The translations under genes were made by a program, and so were the position numbers. 64,000 nucleotides of DNA from the human T2T-CHM13v2.0 reference genome, Homo sapiens. Every line of letters begins with the position of its first letter. Within the stretch, counting starts at the first letter, position 1. The DNA lies in the NCBI RefSeq assembly GCF_009914755.1, contig NC_060928.1, one strand, 5' to 3'. Of the stretch, positions 25,386 to 40,437 are shown one piece after another. The notes under the pieces are model-generated. The model was not told the DNA's origin, made no database searches, and was given only the letters and a program-made list of their open reading frames with translations.

Positions 25386-28300
25386 ATTCAGTACTCTTAA
25401 AGAAAAGAATTTCCAACTAAGAATTTCATTTCCAACCAAACTAAGCTCCATAAATGAAGGAGAAATAAGATCCTCTTCAGACAAACAAATGCTAAGGTAA
25501 TTCACTACCATCAGACCTGCCTTACAAAAGTTACTGAAGGGAGTTGTATATGGAAAGGAAAGACCATTATCATTCACTACAAAAACACACTGAAGTACAT
25601 AGACTAGTGATGCTATAAAGCAAGCATACAAACGAGTCTGCAGAATTACCAGCTAACAGCATAACGAAGGATCAAATCCACATATATGAATACTAACCCT
25701 GAATATAAATGGGCTAAGTGCCCCAATTAAAAGGCACAAAGTGGCAAACTGAATAAATAAGCAAGACCTAATCGTATGCTGTCTTCAAGAAACCCATTCC
25801 ACATGCAATGATTCCCATAGGCTCAAAGTAAGGGAATGGAGAAAAATCTAGCAAGCAAATGGAAAAGAGAAAAAGGAAGGGGCTGCTACTCTAATGCAGA
25901 CAAAACAGAATTTAAACAAACAAACGAAAAACAGATCAAAAAAGACAAAGAAGAGCATGACATAATGATAAAGGGCTCAATTCAACAAGAAGTTCCGGCT
26001 ATCCTAAATATATATCACATTTAACACAGAAGCACCCAGATTTATAAAGCAAAGTTTTTAGAGACCTAGAAATAGAGTTAGATAGCCACACAATAATGGT
26101 GGGAGAATTTAGCACTCCTCTGACTGCATTAGACAGATCATTGAGGCACAAAACTAGCTGATACTTAGGACCTGAACTTGACACTTGACCAAATGGAACT
26201 AACAGACATCTACAGAACTCTGCACTCCAAAACAACAGACTACACATTCTTCTCATTGTCACATGGCACATACTCTAAAATACCCTAAAATGACCACATT
26301 ATTAGACATAAAACAAACCTCAGCAAGTTAAATAAATGAAATTGTACAAATCAAACTATAAGACCAAAGCACAATATAAATATAAATCAATACTAAGAAA
26401 ATTTCTTAGAACACTACAATTACATGGGAATTAAACAAATTGCTCCTGAATGACTTTTAGGTAAATAATAAGATTCATACAGAAATCAAGAAATTCTACA
26501 AAACTAATGAGAACAAAGATAACCCATATCAAAATATCTGGAATACAGTTAAAGTGTTAAAAGGAAAGATTATAGCACTAAATACCCACATCAAAATGTT
26601 AGAAAAATCTCAAATTAACAACGTAACCTCATAACTAGAACTAGAAGAACTAAAGAGATCAGAAAAAATGAACCCCAAAACTAGAAGAAGACAACAGATA
26701 ACCAAAATCAGAGCTGAATTAAAGGAAATTGAGATGTGAAAAACCATAAAAAAGATCAATGAATCCATGAGTTGGTTCTTTGAGAGTAATAATAAAATAC
26801 ATAGATTGTTATCTACACTAATTAAGAAAAAAGAGAAGATCCAAATAAACACAATTAGAAATGACAGAGGAGACATTAACTCTGACCCCACAAAAATTCA
26901 AAAAAATCCTTGGAGACCACTACAAACACCTCTTCTATGATACGCGCTGGAAAAAATAGATAAAATTCCTGGAAACATACAACCTCCCAAGATTCAACCA
27001 GAAAGAAATTGAATACCAAAATGAGTTCTGAAATTGAATGAGTAATAAAGTGCCTACCAACTAGAAAAATCTCGAGACCAGACACATTCACAGTGGAATT
27101 CTACCAGATGTAAAAAGAAGAACTGGTATCATTCCTACTGAAATTATTCCAGAAAAATAGAGAAGGAGGAACTCCATTGCAACTCATTCTATGAGGTTAA
27201 TAATCATACTGATACTAAAGCCTAGCAGAGATACAACAACCAGAACAAATGAATTTCAGGCAAGAATCCTTGATGAACATAGATGTAGAAATCCTCAACA
27301 AAATATTGGCAAACAGAATCTCACACCACATCAAAAAGCCAATCTACCATAACCAAGTAGGCTTTATCCTGGGATGCAACGTCAGATCAACATATCCAAA
27401 TCAATAAATGTGATTCATCACATAAAGAGAACTAAAAACTACATGATTATCTCAAGAGATGAAGAAAAGGCTTTTGATAAAATTTGACATCATTTCATTT
27501 TAAAAACCCTCAACAAAGTAAGCATTGAAGGAACATGCTTCAAAATAATAAGAGCCAACTATGATAAATCCACAGCCAACATTACACTGAATGAGCAAAA
27601 GCTGGAAACATTTTTCTTGAAAACTGAAATAGGAAAAGGATGGATGCTCTCCCTCACCCCTCCTATTCAATATCATATTGAAAGTACTGGCCAGAACAAT
27701 CAGGCAATTGAAATCAACAAGAGGCATCCAAATAGGAAGAGAGGAAGTCAAACTATCTGTTTGCAGACGATATAATTGTATACTTAGAAAACCCCATGGT
27801 CTTTGCTGAAAGGCTCCTTGTTCTCATAAGCATCTTCAGCAAAGTTTGAGGATACAAAATCAATGTACAAAAATCAGTAGCATTCCTATACACTAGCAAC
27901 ATTCAAGTTTAGGTCAAAATAAAGAACACATTCCCATTCAAAATGGCCACAAAAGAATAAAATACCTAGGAATGTAGCTAACCGGGGAGTTTAAAGATCT
28001 TTACAATGAGAATTACAAAACACTGTTTGAAGAAATCAGAGATAACACAAACAAATGGAAAAGCATTCCTTGCTCATGGATAGGAAAAATCAATATTCTT
28101 AAAATGGTCATACTGCCCAAAACAATTTATAGATTCAATGCTATTTCTATAAAACTATCAATGGCAATTTTCATGGAATTAGAAAAAAAAAAGCTATTTT
28201 AAATGTTTTATGTGGAACCCCCTAAAAAAAAATCTTGAATAGCCAAAATCCTAAGCAAAAAGAGCAAAACTGGAGGTATCATATTACCTAACTTCAAACT

Positions 28301-29703
28301 GCACAAAGCTACAGTAACCAAAACAGCAAGGTACTGGCACAAAAACAGACATGTAGACCAACAGAACAGAACAGAGAGCCCTAAAATAATACCACACCAC
28401 AAACCTATAACCATGTGACCTTTGACAAAGTCAACAAAGTCAAGAATGGGAAAGGACTCTCTATTCAATAAATGGTACTGGAATAACTAGCTAGCAATAT
28501 GCAGAAGATTGAAACTGGACCCCTTTCTTAGCAGAATATATAAAAATCAACTCAATATGAATTAAAGACCTAAATGTGAAATCTAAAACTATACAAACTC
28601 TGCAGGACATCCTAGGAAATACTCATCTGGACACAGGACCTGGCAAAGATTTCATGATGAAGATGCCAAAAGGAATTGCAACAAAAACAAAAACGGACAA
28701 ATTAGAACTAATTAAACTAAAAAGCTCTGCACAGCAAAACAACCTATCAGCAGAGCAAACAGAGAGCCTATAGGATTAGAGAAAATATTCCCAACCCATG
28801 CATCTGACGAAAGTCAAATATCCACAATCTATAAAGAACGTAAATAAATCAATAAGCAAAAAAAAAAAATTATTTCCCATTAAAAAAAGGAAAAATACAG
28901 GAACAGACAATCAAAAGAAGACATACATGTGGCCAAGTGGTATTTGAAAAAAATGAAAATCAAAACACAATGAGGTGCCATCTCACACCAGTTAGAATGG
29001 CTATTATTAAAAAGTCAAAAAAAAAAAAACAAAAACAGATACTGGTTAGGTTGTGGAGAAAAGGGAATGCTTATATACTGCCAATGGGAATGTAGATTAG
29101 TTTAGCCATAGTGGAAAGCAATTTGCCAATAAAAGAACACAAAGCAGAATTACCATCCAAGCCAGTGATCTCATTATTGGGTATACGCCCAAAGGAATAT
29201 AAGTCATTTTACTCTAAAGACCCAGACATGTGTATGTTCATGGCAGCACTATTTTATAATAGCAAAAATATGGAATCAAGATAAATGTTCATCAATGACA
29301 AAATGGAATAAAAAATGCGGTACATATACACCATGGAATACTACACAGCCATAAAAAAGAACAAGATCATGTTTTTTTGTAGCAACATGGATAGAGTTGG
29401 AGGCCATTATCTTAAGTAAATAATGCAGGAACAGAAAACTAAATACCACATATTCTCACTTATAGTGGGAGCTAAACATTAAGTACATAAGGACTTGAAG
29501 AATGGAGCAAGAGTCACCAGGGACTACTTGATTGTGGAGGGAGAGAGGAAAGTGAAGACCAAAAAAACTACCTATTGAGTACTGTGCTTATCCAAGTGGT
29601 GAAATAATCCATACACCAAATCCTCAAGACATGCAATTTACCTACATAACAAATGGGCACATGTATCCCTGAACCTCAAATAAAAGTTAAAATAAATAAA
29701 TAA
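25386..29703 (+). mobile_element. 5'-truncated L1PA15/16-like element (end of ORF1, disrupted ORF2, 3' UTR, tail)
   Basis: Continuous L1 ORF1 end, spacer and ORF2 (ctgtcttcaagaaacccat; tgtttgcagacgatata = FADD motif); 3' UTR aaactacctattgagtactgtgctta...catgcaatttacctacataacaaa...aaataaaagtt. Confidence 0.93.
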
Positions 29704-29951
29704 GTCTCTCTAACACTTTAAATCCTCTAACTTAAAATCTCTTTGTCAGAGAGATCACAGCCTTTTAATGTTTTACTTGATTAGTGCAGGTCCACCAAAA
29801 ATGATCTTTTCTTAGACAACTATGCCATACAACAAAACTTCATTATTGGAATGATATCTCATCATACTCAGAGTTCCTGATTATATTCAATGGAAGAGAT
29901 TATTCAATAGCTTTTGTTATTCGAGGTCATCCTACTATTCTGACTGCCACA
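29704..29951 (-). mobile_element. MLT1E-like LTR, right part
   Basis: ttgattagtgcaggtccacc...gatatctcatcatactca...ggtcatcctactattctgactgccaca (reverse complement of the MLT1E start). Confidence 0.7.
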
Positions 29952-30029
29952 TATATCATTCTTCCTTTGTAAAACCAATGCCTTAAATATATAGTTGGTA
30001 TGTAACATATAGTTATAAAAGTCATTTTA

Positions 30030-30349
<320 letters not shown>

Positions 30350-31695
30350 AAAAGTCATTTTAAAAATAGACTTTATATTTTGCATTATTTAATATAAAAA
30401 TCAGCAAATTAATTCTGGAAGAATTAGGAAACAAACAAAAATTTTAAAAATTATGCCTAGCCTAAATATGGCCATTAAAATGATGATGATTTGTACACAG
30501 ACTAAATGCTACTAATTGAGTGGGGCTGATCTAACAGAAGGAGCTAATATTTGATTTCAACAACAACAGTTTAGCTAAGACACCAAACATAATATAAACT
30601 TTTATTGTAATATAAGTAATTCATTTCTTTCTCTTCCAAATTGGCATAAGTGCTTTGTGTATTACTTTCCAAATAGCACGAGCACCAGCTTAACAATTTT
30701 ATACGCTAAAAATAAACATTATCTGTCTTTAAAGTGATCTATGAAAATACATTTGAAGAATCACCTGGTAGTACTGTAATAGCTTCACATGTTTCTTAGA
30801 AAGATTTTACACTCTACAGTTAACTTCTTTTTAAATCACTTATCAGCTTCTTTGTATTCATATATTGAATTTTGTCCCCAGGAATGAAATTTAATTCTCA
30901 CCATCTGTGCCTTGGCCAGGAATGTCCATATTCCTTTAATGCATAAATACATCCTGAATATTTCTCATTCTGTTAGTAAGAGCTGTGAAGCACAGAAAAT
31001 AATGTTTCAAAGAGGAAACACGAGGGATCATTTATTGCTCCAGCACTTTGAAAAATCTGTGAATTCCTTTATGGCTTCTTCATTATATTTTCAATGGAAC
31101 AATTAGTTTGAGTGGCTACAAACACTGAATTTTCATGACCACTTTAGCCTTTGAAGCCAAAATTATGGAAAGTATTATTCTCTATGCAAAATATAGTGGG
31201 ATGTGGTAAGTTTGTGATTAAAAAGCATAAGTTGCCTCCAACTGGAAAACTAGTTGAGAGTTAATTTCCTAACAGCCTATCTGGTCACACTTTAAAACCC
31301 ACAAAGTTTGCATAATTTAGTAGTTTGTTCCAAGGATATATTTTACAAGTCTTGAGAGCAGTAACTCGGACTTTTTTAACATGCAGTAAAGCTCTTGCAA
31401 TGAACAGTTATGTCTCAAGTACAAAAATCGTCCCTTGAAGACCTCATTTGTAGTCTCTAAAGGTAATAAAACATTCTCGTGCCCATTTCATTCAACCAAA
31501 AACTATAATTACCTCAGAATTACTGAGGGTACACTCTAGCACAAACTGAAGTATTTTTTCATAGCTTGATAGAGTAGAAGCATGACAAAATTATCTTCAA
31601 ATAATATGGCTTAACCTCTCCTACTGGACCTTACCAGTTCTATACTTTCGAATTCTGGGAAGTTCATGTAATATATGGAGATTTGAACTCTAGAC

Positions 31696-31910
31696 CAGGG
31701 ATTAGCAAACATTTTCTGTAAATATAGTAAATACTTTAGGCTTTGGGGCATACAGTTTCTGTGGCAACTATTTGATTTTGCCTTTGTAGCATGAAAGCAC
31801 CAGAAGACAATGCTTAAGTGAATGAGTGTGACTATGTTCCAATAAAACTTTATTTACAAAACAGGTGGCTAATGGGATTCGGCCTTCAGCTTCTAGTTTT
31901 CCAACCCATG
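31696..31910 (+). mobile_element. MER58A (hAT-Charlie MITE)
   Basis: cagggattagcaaac...gttccaataaaactttatttacaaaacaggtggc...ccaacccatg; 8-bp TSD ctctagac/ctccagac. Confidence 0.9.
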
Positions 31911-32403
31911 CTCCAGACAATAGTGGAAGACCTATACTTCTCATTTTCTCATCAAAACTATTTTTCTGGTTGAAGAAAAAAATATATTGTGATTTTGGAA
32001 ATACATTCAATAATCCTTGTGGCAGTCCTATTTCACTTGGTGTCCTTATGATGGTTAAGTATATGTGTCAAATTGTCCAGGCCCCAGTACACAAATATTT
32101 AGTCAAATACCAGACTGGATGTTGCCATGAAGGCACATTTTAGATGAGATTAATAATTTCATTAGTAGACTTTGAGTAAGCAGATTACTCCACATAATGT
32201 GGGTTGGCCTCATCCAATCAGTTGAAGTTTGATTAAGACAGAACAGACTGAGGTTCCAAGAGACATAGGAAAGAATTCAAACGCAGGCATCAACCTCAAC
32301 TCTTCCCTGAGTTTCCAGCCTGCTTGTGCACCCTGTAGATTTTGGCCTTTCTGGCTTCCACAGTCAAGGCCCTGAGCCAATTTCTTGAAATAAATCTCCC
32401 CCC

Positions 32404-32404
<1 letters not shown>

Positions 32405-32440
<36 letters not shown>
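32405..32440. repeat. (TG)18 microsatellite
   Basis: Directly visible. Confidence 0.97.
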
Positions 32441-32444
<4 letters not shown>

Positions 32445-32448
32445 CACA

Positions 32449-32797
32449 CAGATGATTAGGCATCACTTAGCAGATGGTGAAACATTCTGAAAAAGGTGTT
32501 CTTAGGCGATTTCACCATTGTGCAAATGTCATAGACTGTAGTTATACAAACCTAGATAGTGTAGCTTACTACACACTTGCACCATGCGGTATAGCCTATT
32601 GCTCCTAGGCTACAAACCTGTGCAGATTATTACTGTACTAAAACATTGTAGGCAATTGGAATCCGAGGGTATTTACATACCTAAACATATTTAAATGTGG
32701 AAGAGATACAGTAAAAATACAGTATGTATCACATATGACATATCATCAAACATGCAGTCCTTCATTGACTGAAACATTGTTATGTGGCAAATGACTG
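32449..32797 (-). mobile_element. Tigger3a/Golem (TcMar-Tigger MITE)
   Basis: ggtatagcctattgctcctaggctacaaacctgt...tacagtaaaaatacagtat...gaaacattgttatgtggcaaatgactg. Confidence 0.9.
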
Positions 32798-34759
32798 CAT
32801 ACGCACACAAAAAAACACACACTCATGCAGAAACACACACATATCATATTGGTTCTGTTTCTCTGGAGATCCCTGACTAATACAGATCTTAAATTTTGAA
32901 CCATTTTCTTCTTGATATCTGAAGAAGCAGAACTTCACTATCACTTAATTTTTACAATGGAATTAAAATTCCCATTAAATTATTTCATGTGTGATATAAT
33001 AATTTGATACTACCTAATAATCATGGTTTAGTCATCCAATAGCAATTTATGTGTATTGGTAAGCAATAGCTTTTCCAGTTTTAATATTTTCAAGCTATTA
33101 ATATATTTAGTGTAATAAAGTACTTTTTTTCAAAGTATGTCTATATTTTCCTAAATATAAATTACCAAATTGCTGGGAACCTAGTAGAATGGGAGCTTTT
33201 ATTTCTTAGGATTCATTCTTTCTTGGTTTTGGATAATAATAATACTCTCAGTTTTCTAAAATTCATCTATGCATTAAAATATATATGATATACTCATATT
33301 TAGATTCTTGGATATACCATATGTACCTATGTGTACATATAGAAATATATGTGTATATATTTATAAATATATACAGATATTACTTTTTGCCAAATTTCAT
33401 GTCCTACTAGGTGTTTTCAGTATATACAGTGCTGTATTGCCAGAAACTAAAGTCACCTACTTAAATTTAAATATTAATCTGATAAATATCATATATATAC
33501 AGTTAGTTTGGGTGGGCTTAATAATTTTACAATATGTGTTTCAAAGTGACTTGTAAACTGTTTGTAGCTCAATCATTATTGTTGAAAAACTGTATAATCT
33601 TGACAATTTGTACTATTTCTCAGGATTGAAAATGTTAGTTCTTTTTCAAAAAAAATTTCCCTGTTTCTTATTTTTCAGACAGAAGTTTAAGTAACAAGGC
33701 AGAAATGAGTTAATATTTAGAAAAAAATCAATATATTGTGGAGACTCTAACCTTTAAAGATCCAGCCATTTCTTACCAAAATACGTGACTAGAGAAGTAG
33801 ACTTTGGCTCCCTAAATCAGAAACCCAGGGAGAAAAACTAAACACAGTTAGACTTATCCTGATGTAGTGGCCAAGCTGTAAAGCAAATGAGTAGCCTTAT
33901 TATCACTACTGTTGGAGTCATTGGTATCTTTTTCAGGCACTTATTTGGGGTTGTTGTCTTGCTCCCACATGGCCTATGCTACTGGGTCATAGAAATTCTC
34001 AGGAGAAAAAAGCAAGTGCTTCACTAACACTTTCTAATCCAGGATTCTAAAAAAAAAAAGACAGGTACTCAATAAATACATACATAAAAAAAAGGAAAGC
34101 AAAGAATGAAAGTGATAAAGAGTCTCTTTTTTGGATTCACAAGGAAGACTTAGTTCATTATTTTCATTATAAGTTTCTGTGTCCATAATTTTCCTTGTGA
34201 TTATTTATTGCATTTTATTTTGCTTTAGTTTTAATGTACGAAAGCAATAGTATGGAGATTTGTTAAAATAACATTAAATACTCAGATATCATTTGTAGGG
34301 TAATGGCTTTATAAGTTCTATATAATACTACCCATAGTCTACACATGTGTGAAAACATTCAATATTGACTACATGTCATATATTTTAAGATATATTTACC
34401 TTATCAGTATAAAGGACATACAAATCATTTCTTTTATTTTTAAGGTGAAATAACTTGTTCATTTTCTTCTACTTTAATTTATTTAGGATTTTAACATTTT
34501 GTTTTTATTTTGGTGGAATGAAGGACAATAAAATTGTTTTAACTATAGCCTAAAATACTACTACATATATTTTTGCTTTAGTTGAAAATTGTGAAACATG
34601 CCCTATTTTAAACACAGGGAATCTCAGATTATTAGTTGATCCATTTGGCAAGTAAATATCTAACAACTGTATGAAAAACTAGACTAGCATAGGATTAATT
34701 GTGCTTTATGTTTTTCTCCCTCTTTCGCTAGGATAAAAGAATAATATTTAAAAATTATG

Positions 34760-35375
34760 GTAGTTACCAATTATTATACAACTGCTAAATGATTAGAATG
34801 CATTACATAATTTATTCATATTTAAATTTTACAACATCCTTGCAATGCATGAATATTTATGCCTATTTAGTAGATAAAGGAACTGAAACTCCACGCATGT
34901 CTTAGTCAGCTTGGACCGCTATAATGAATTACCATAGACTTAATGGCTTAAATAGCAAATTATTTCTCATATTTCTGGAGACTATAAGTCAAATATCAGG
35001 GTTCCAGCATGAGCAGGTTCTAGGGAAGGCCTTCTTTCTAGTTTACTGGAAGCTGTTTTCTCTTTGTATCCCCATATAGGGGAGGAGAGAGAGAAAGCAA
35101 AAGGAACACAAGCAAGCTAGCTAGCTCTCTTTTTATTCTTATAAGGAAACAAATATCATTATGGGATTCTACCCTTATAATGTAATCGCCTTCAAGGACC
35201 CCACCTCTTAATACCATTATAATGTGGGTTAGGGTTTCAACATATGAATTTTATGGAGGCATAAACTTGCAGCATATAACAAAGACAATACGTAACTTTT
35301 AAGGTCAGTTAGGCAATAAGTGATCAACTCTTCAATTTTAACTAAGACTGTCTGACTCAAAAAAGCATGCTTTTT
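34760..35375 (-). mobile_element. MIR split by MLT1A0
   Basis: tagataaaggaactgaaactc before the LTR; gtaactttt...gactgtctgactcaaaaaagcatgc after it. Confidence 0.6.
34898..35281 (-). mobile_element. MLT1A0-like solo LTR
   Basis: tgtcttagtcagcttggaccgctataatgaattaccatagact...ttagggtttcaacatatgaatttt...atataaca. Confidence 0.88.
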
Positions 35376-35695
35376 TCAATTGTTATTTTTTCTGCAATTA
35401 CCAAGTAAGAGTAAAGGAGTTAAATCCTGTAGTCTAATTCACTTCATTAAATTCTGTAAATAATTTTTAGCCTTATTACATAACAAAAAGATATGACATG
35501 ATCTCATATCATACACAAATTATAGTAGACCTGAGAAGAAATAAGGGATTTATAGGTAGTCAGAGTTTCTGCATTACAGTTTGGACTACAAATAATTCCT
35601 ATCTCCCTATCTACCTCCCACACACATTCTATTCTATAGTACAAAATCCAGTCCTTCACTTGCCCAATGAGGAAGATACTATCACAAATTAAGAA

Positions 35696-35737
35696 TATCT
35701 ATCTATCTACCTATCTATCTAGTCATCCATCCATCTG
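35696..35737. repeat. (TCTA)n/(TCCA)n degenerate tetranucleotide repeat
   Basis: Directly visible. Confidence 0.8.
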
Positions 35738-36248
35738 TCCTAGATTTCTTTTCTCACTCAGATGTTTATTAATATCTAATTCATTCCTGTCTTGCTGCTT
35801 TAGTTATAAATAAGTATACCCAACTGGTTGGGAAAATAATACTCTGAAATAAGCTACAAGTACCTGAAATCTTGGCTTTTAAAAATTATTATTTATATCA
35901 GCTGCCACCTAAGATTTTTCTGCATGGTCATTAAAACCACGCCTAGAAGAGAATGCCTGTCTTCTCCTGTGCCTAAAAAATGCTACTCCAGGACAAGGTG
36001 GCCTGGGTTCCCACTGGAGATTCCAAGTTGTTATCAGAACTCCATATACTCCTGATCCAAAACTGTCCTGTCTCCAAGCAGAAGCCCCAACACTCTCATT
36101 CAGTGCTAGACCCGATGTCATGCTCTAATTGCCTATTCTTTCTGAGACTTACTTTCCTCATCTGTAAAGTGAGATCATGAATGCATAGCAGGGAGAAAAT
36201 GTGGGGTGATGAAGTAATACATGATGTCATCACAGTCCTCACCATCCA

Positions 36249-36550
<302 letters not shown>

Positions 36551-37794
36551 AGTCTTCGGTATTCTATGGGCATGCATAAAGGCATATCAGTTACTGTGCA
36601 GATCCTGTCCACATTTTTTACTTTAAACTTTTCAATCCATAACCCCTCTTCTCAGTGAAGCTGTGTTATGTTCTTCTTCACAAAAGAATAACCAAAGATT
36701 GGACCTGAGGTGGTGGCCATGGCTACCTGAGTTGAGGCTGGCTCCTTGGTAAGTTAGACAGCAACTTCTTTGTGACCCATAAGAATAATAACATTGATAA
36801 GAACTGCCTTAGCCAGTTGGACTATCCATCTTTTGAGGATAAAAGGAGGGATGACAAAGAAGACTTTTGGGTGTTGTGGGTTAACAGGGGAAGACAGTAA
36901 CCATGAACACAAAATAGCTTTAGGAGCTGATAAGCTGATTTGATTCCTCAAGATTTTTCTACTTCCAGTGCCAGAACCTATATACCTGTAACATAAATGC
37001 CATCAATCCAAAATTAGGTGGAGTTAATCTCTGTTCCTCGCCCTTACATGAGTCATTTTAGCCAGTTGTGCCGGAGTTGCCAGCAGTCAGCACTCAGAAA
37101 GTTTTTGGATCTGTCTGTAGCCTCAGGGTGAGGTGGGAGGCATTAAGCTCACCTTTCCATGGTTGGAACTCAAGGGCTGAGAGCTGTGTAATGAGGCAGT
37201 GGATGAACATTCCCTCTTATGATAATTTAGGATAGAGGTACTGACTACCAAAAATCAGGTTTTGCCAGCCTAGTTCCATTTTGGACACATGAAAGAGGTA
37301 AAAATAGCAAATTCATGTGTCAGATTATCTGACAAGAAATAGGTAAGGGAGTGTGGGCTGTCTTAAGGCCCTGTTTCATGAAATAGTAGAAATCATACAC
37401 ACACAAAAAGTCTAAAGCTGTTATGGCAGAAAACTAAATTCCAGGTTTATTGAATGCACAAGCTATATTGGCTGCTATAGTTAACATTTAAACAAGAATG
37501 AATAACATTTGAGTAATTGGATACTTACAGTCAATAAGCTATCTCTCTTGCTTGCTCTCTTTTTTAAGTTTGCTAATTAGACCTGTTTAATTTCTATCCA
37601 AGAAGCTTAACCAATAAAGCATTTGATGACTCAACAAATATTAATTCCTTTCTTTCATACAACTCTGCATTGAAGGGAAAAAATCACAACATATATTTTA
37701 CTCCTTATGTACTTTTAAAAATTTTAATCTTCAATAAATTAGGTTTCATATTGTTCTTACTGTTGCTATTTTATGTATTCATGTATTAATATTT

Positions 37795-37960
37795 TTATTC
37801 ATTCAGTCATTCACTATCCAGGCATTGGGACTGCTGCAAAGAACAAGATACAACTCCAGATTAGAGGACAGTCTGTCTAATGGGAAGACTGGCAGTCAAA
37901 CAGACAATTATGAACTGGAAAAATGCTAGTACAGTTCTGTAGAATCACAGAAAGGGGAAT
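37795..37960 (-). mobile_element. L2 3' fragment
   Basis: attcattcagtcattcac...aggcattggga...gaacaagata...gtctaatgggaagac. Confidence 0.55.
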
Positions 37961-39584
37961 AACTAATTCTATTAGAAAAAAGAACAGACTGTATAGCCAA
38001 TTACTTAGGAATTTAGCTTTCAATTCTAGTTTGTGTTAAATTAACATTTGCTTATACATCTCTTAATCATATATTTTTATTCCTACATAACCAGCCTTCT
38101 AATTATGAGTTAAATGAATTTTTATTTTCAGCTGTAGCAAAGTTCTGTGTTCTATCTTCAAAGACTTTTTTTTTAGCTTTGTGGAAAGAGAACTACATAT
38201 AATATCTTATTAACCAAATCTGGTTTAAAAAAGCAAAAAGCAGGAAGTGCTATAAATATGAAAATTTCATATTTTCTTTATGCAGTACTCAGAAACACTC
38301 TTCAGGAAGACCTTATTCACACCTACATAAGAAATACACTGAAAATCTGAAGAGAGGAAGTGGATACCATATGTTTCTCTAAAAAATCACTACACTAGCA
38401 AAAACAAATGAACAAACAAAAAAGCAATTTATCGTGGTGAGTAAAGAGATCGAAGTTGAAGTGCCTTCACCAACAGCATGCTCCTGTTTTATTTGATTTC
38501 TTGTTGTTTCACAAAACATAGTAAGAAAACATAAGTTCAAGAGAATTTCTATTGTATGTCTACAAAAGTCAGCTAGCCCTGCAAATTATGTCACATCTGT
38601 TTGTTCCTGCATTCTGAGATTACATCATGAATGAGATAAGGTGATTTCAAAACTTGGTTATTGAAACAAATCTTGAAGACATTCAAAAAGGTTTAACAAT
38701 TAGATTTTACTAAACATGTTTGACTCTTCCTGACTCATCAATTAGTAGTCTTAAAATGGGATGAAAAATTATATTATTTTCATATCTTAAAAGGAAAAAA
38801 TATTTTTCACTTGGGGAAAATATATTTTCTGTGTTACTTATTCATTTTCAATTTGTATTTAGATCAAGAAACTTCTTTTGACATAATAGAAATGGAGAGA
38901 ACAATACAGTTTACACCAGCAATCTGATTTTTTAATATTTCAAAACATATCTAATATTTAAAAGTCACTTCCATTTAACTTTACCAGATGTCACTAATAT
39001 TGTTACTAGATATATCTGTAATTTACATAATTTTATATATATAGAAAACTGATTTTTTAAAAAATTGACAACCATTAAATCAAGGCTTACAGCAATGATG
39101 GAAGGCAGAAGCCTTTGTCCTCAGACCTCATCTTAATTAATCAGGTCACCTATTACCTTGACAAGTGACAAGAGCTTTCAGAGAGAGAAGACCCGGATTT
39201 ATACTTTTATAGACCAATTATGAACATGATTTTGATCTGGTGACTTTTACATGGCCTAAGTTACAAGATAAAGTCTATCTCCCTAAGACTGGCTGAAGTT
39301 AATTTATGGGATTCCAAAGTTGATTAATAATGCTATGACAGGAAACAAGAAAGAGAGAGAATCTTTCCTGAAGCTCCTTTCTCCTGTTCTCCAAGAGAGG
39401 GTCAAAGGTGTGATTTACCCAAGTGCGGTCCTGCAAGAATCAGTTATATCCTGTTTATTTCCTTTCTGCCATCTGTTCCTCTCCTGAGGCTAACTACTCA
39501 CATTGGAGAGAATATGGTTTTAGAGGCAGTGAGAAAGATACTATATTCTTCTTAGTTTTTCTCTACCTTCTTACAGAAAGGCAT

Positions 39585-40006
39585 TATCTTAGTCAGTTCA
39601 GCTGCTATAACAAAAATACCATAGACTGGGTGACTTAAACAGCAAACATTCATTTCTCACGGTTCTGGAGGCTGAAAAGTCCAAGATCAAGGGGTCAATT
39701 GTTTTGGTTCCTGATGAGGGCCTCCTTCCTGGTTTGCAGATACTATCTTCTTGCTGTATACTTCACACAGTGGAGAGAGAGAAAGAGAGTGAGAGAGTTA
39801 TTTAGAGAGAGAGAGAGAGACAAAGCGAACAAATGCTCTGGCCTCTTCTTTTCTAAAGGCACTCATCCCACCATGAAGAGCTCATTCTCCTGACCTCATC
39901 TAAACATAATTTCCTCCAAAAAGCTCCAACTCCAAATATGATTACATTGGAAGTTAGGGCTTCAACATATCAATTTTGGAGAAATACAAGCATTTAGCCC
40001 ATAGCC
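39585..40006 (-). mobile_element. MLT1A0-like solo LTR with internal (GA)n
   Basis: tatcttagtcagttcagctgctataacaaaaataccatagactgggtgacttaaac...ttagggcttcaacatat...cccatagc. Confidence 0.9.
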
Positions 40007-40437
40007 ATTTATTAAGCCATAACTCTATAATTTCAATTTTTAAATGTCAATCTACCACTTCATGTTTATCATTCCTTATCCTTGATATATGAACCTGCTT
40101 GCAGTTTCTTCAAGCAAAATTAGCTGTTTGTTAGTTGTGTCCTACAGAATTTTTGCTCTCCTTCCCTCTGTACACACCTGAGCTATACCTGAACAACATC
40201 TATTCTGCACCTTCCCTTTACATGGAAAATACTTACTTAGTTTCAGTAATCAGACCCCTCCTATTAGAATTTATTTTGCTTCTGTGGTTGTTTAAATCTT
40301 GCTTTTCAGACTGGATAACGTGAATCTGCTAAGGCATGTTTTATAACAATGTTTCTATTTGTAGCATATCCAGCATATAAATGGAATTGATGTTTAATGA
40401 AACAATGCATGAAAGCTCATGACATAATTTTGGTTAC

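Larger units (their letters stand above)
32047..32884 (+). mobile_element. MLT2 (C/D-like) solo LTR containing (TG)18 and a Tigger3a
   Basis: Starts tatgatggttaagtatatgtgtcaa, has gggttggcctcatccaatcagttgaag, ends ttggttctgtttctctggagatccctgactaataca. Confidence 0.88.
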
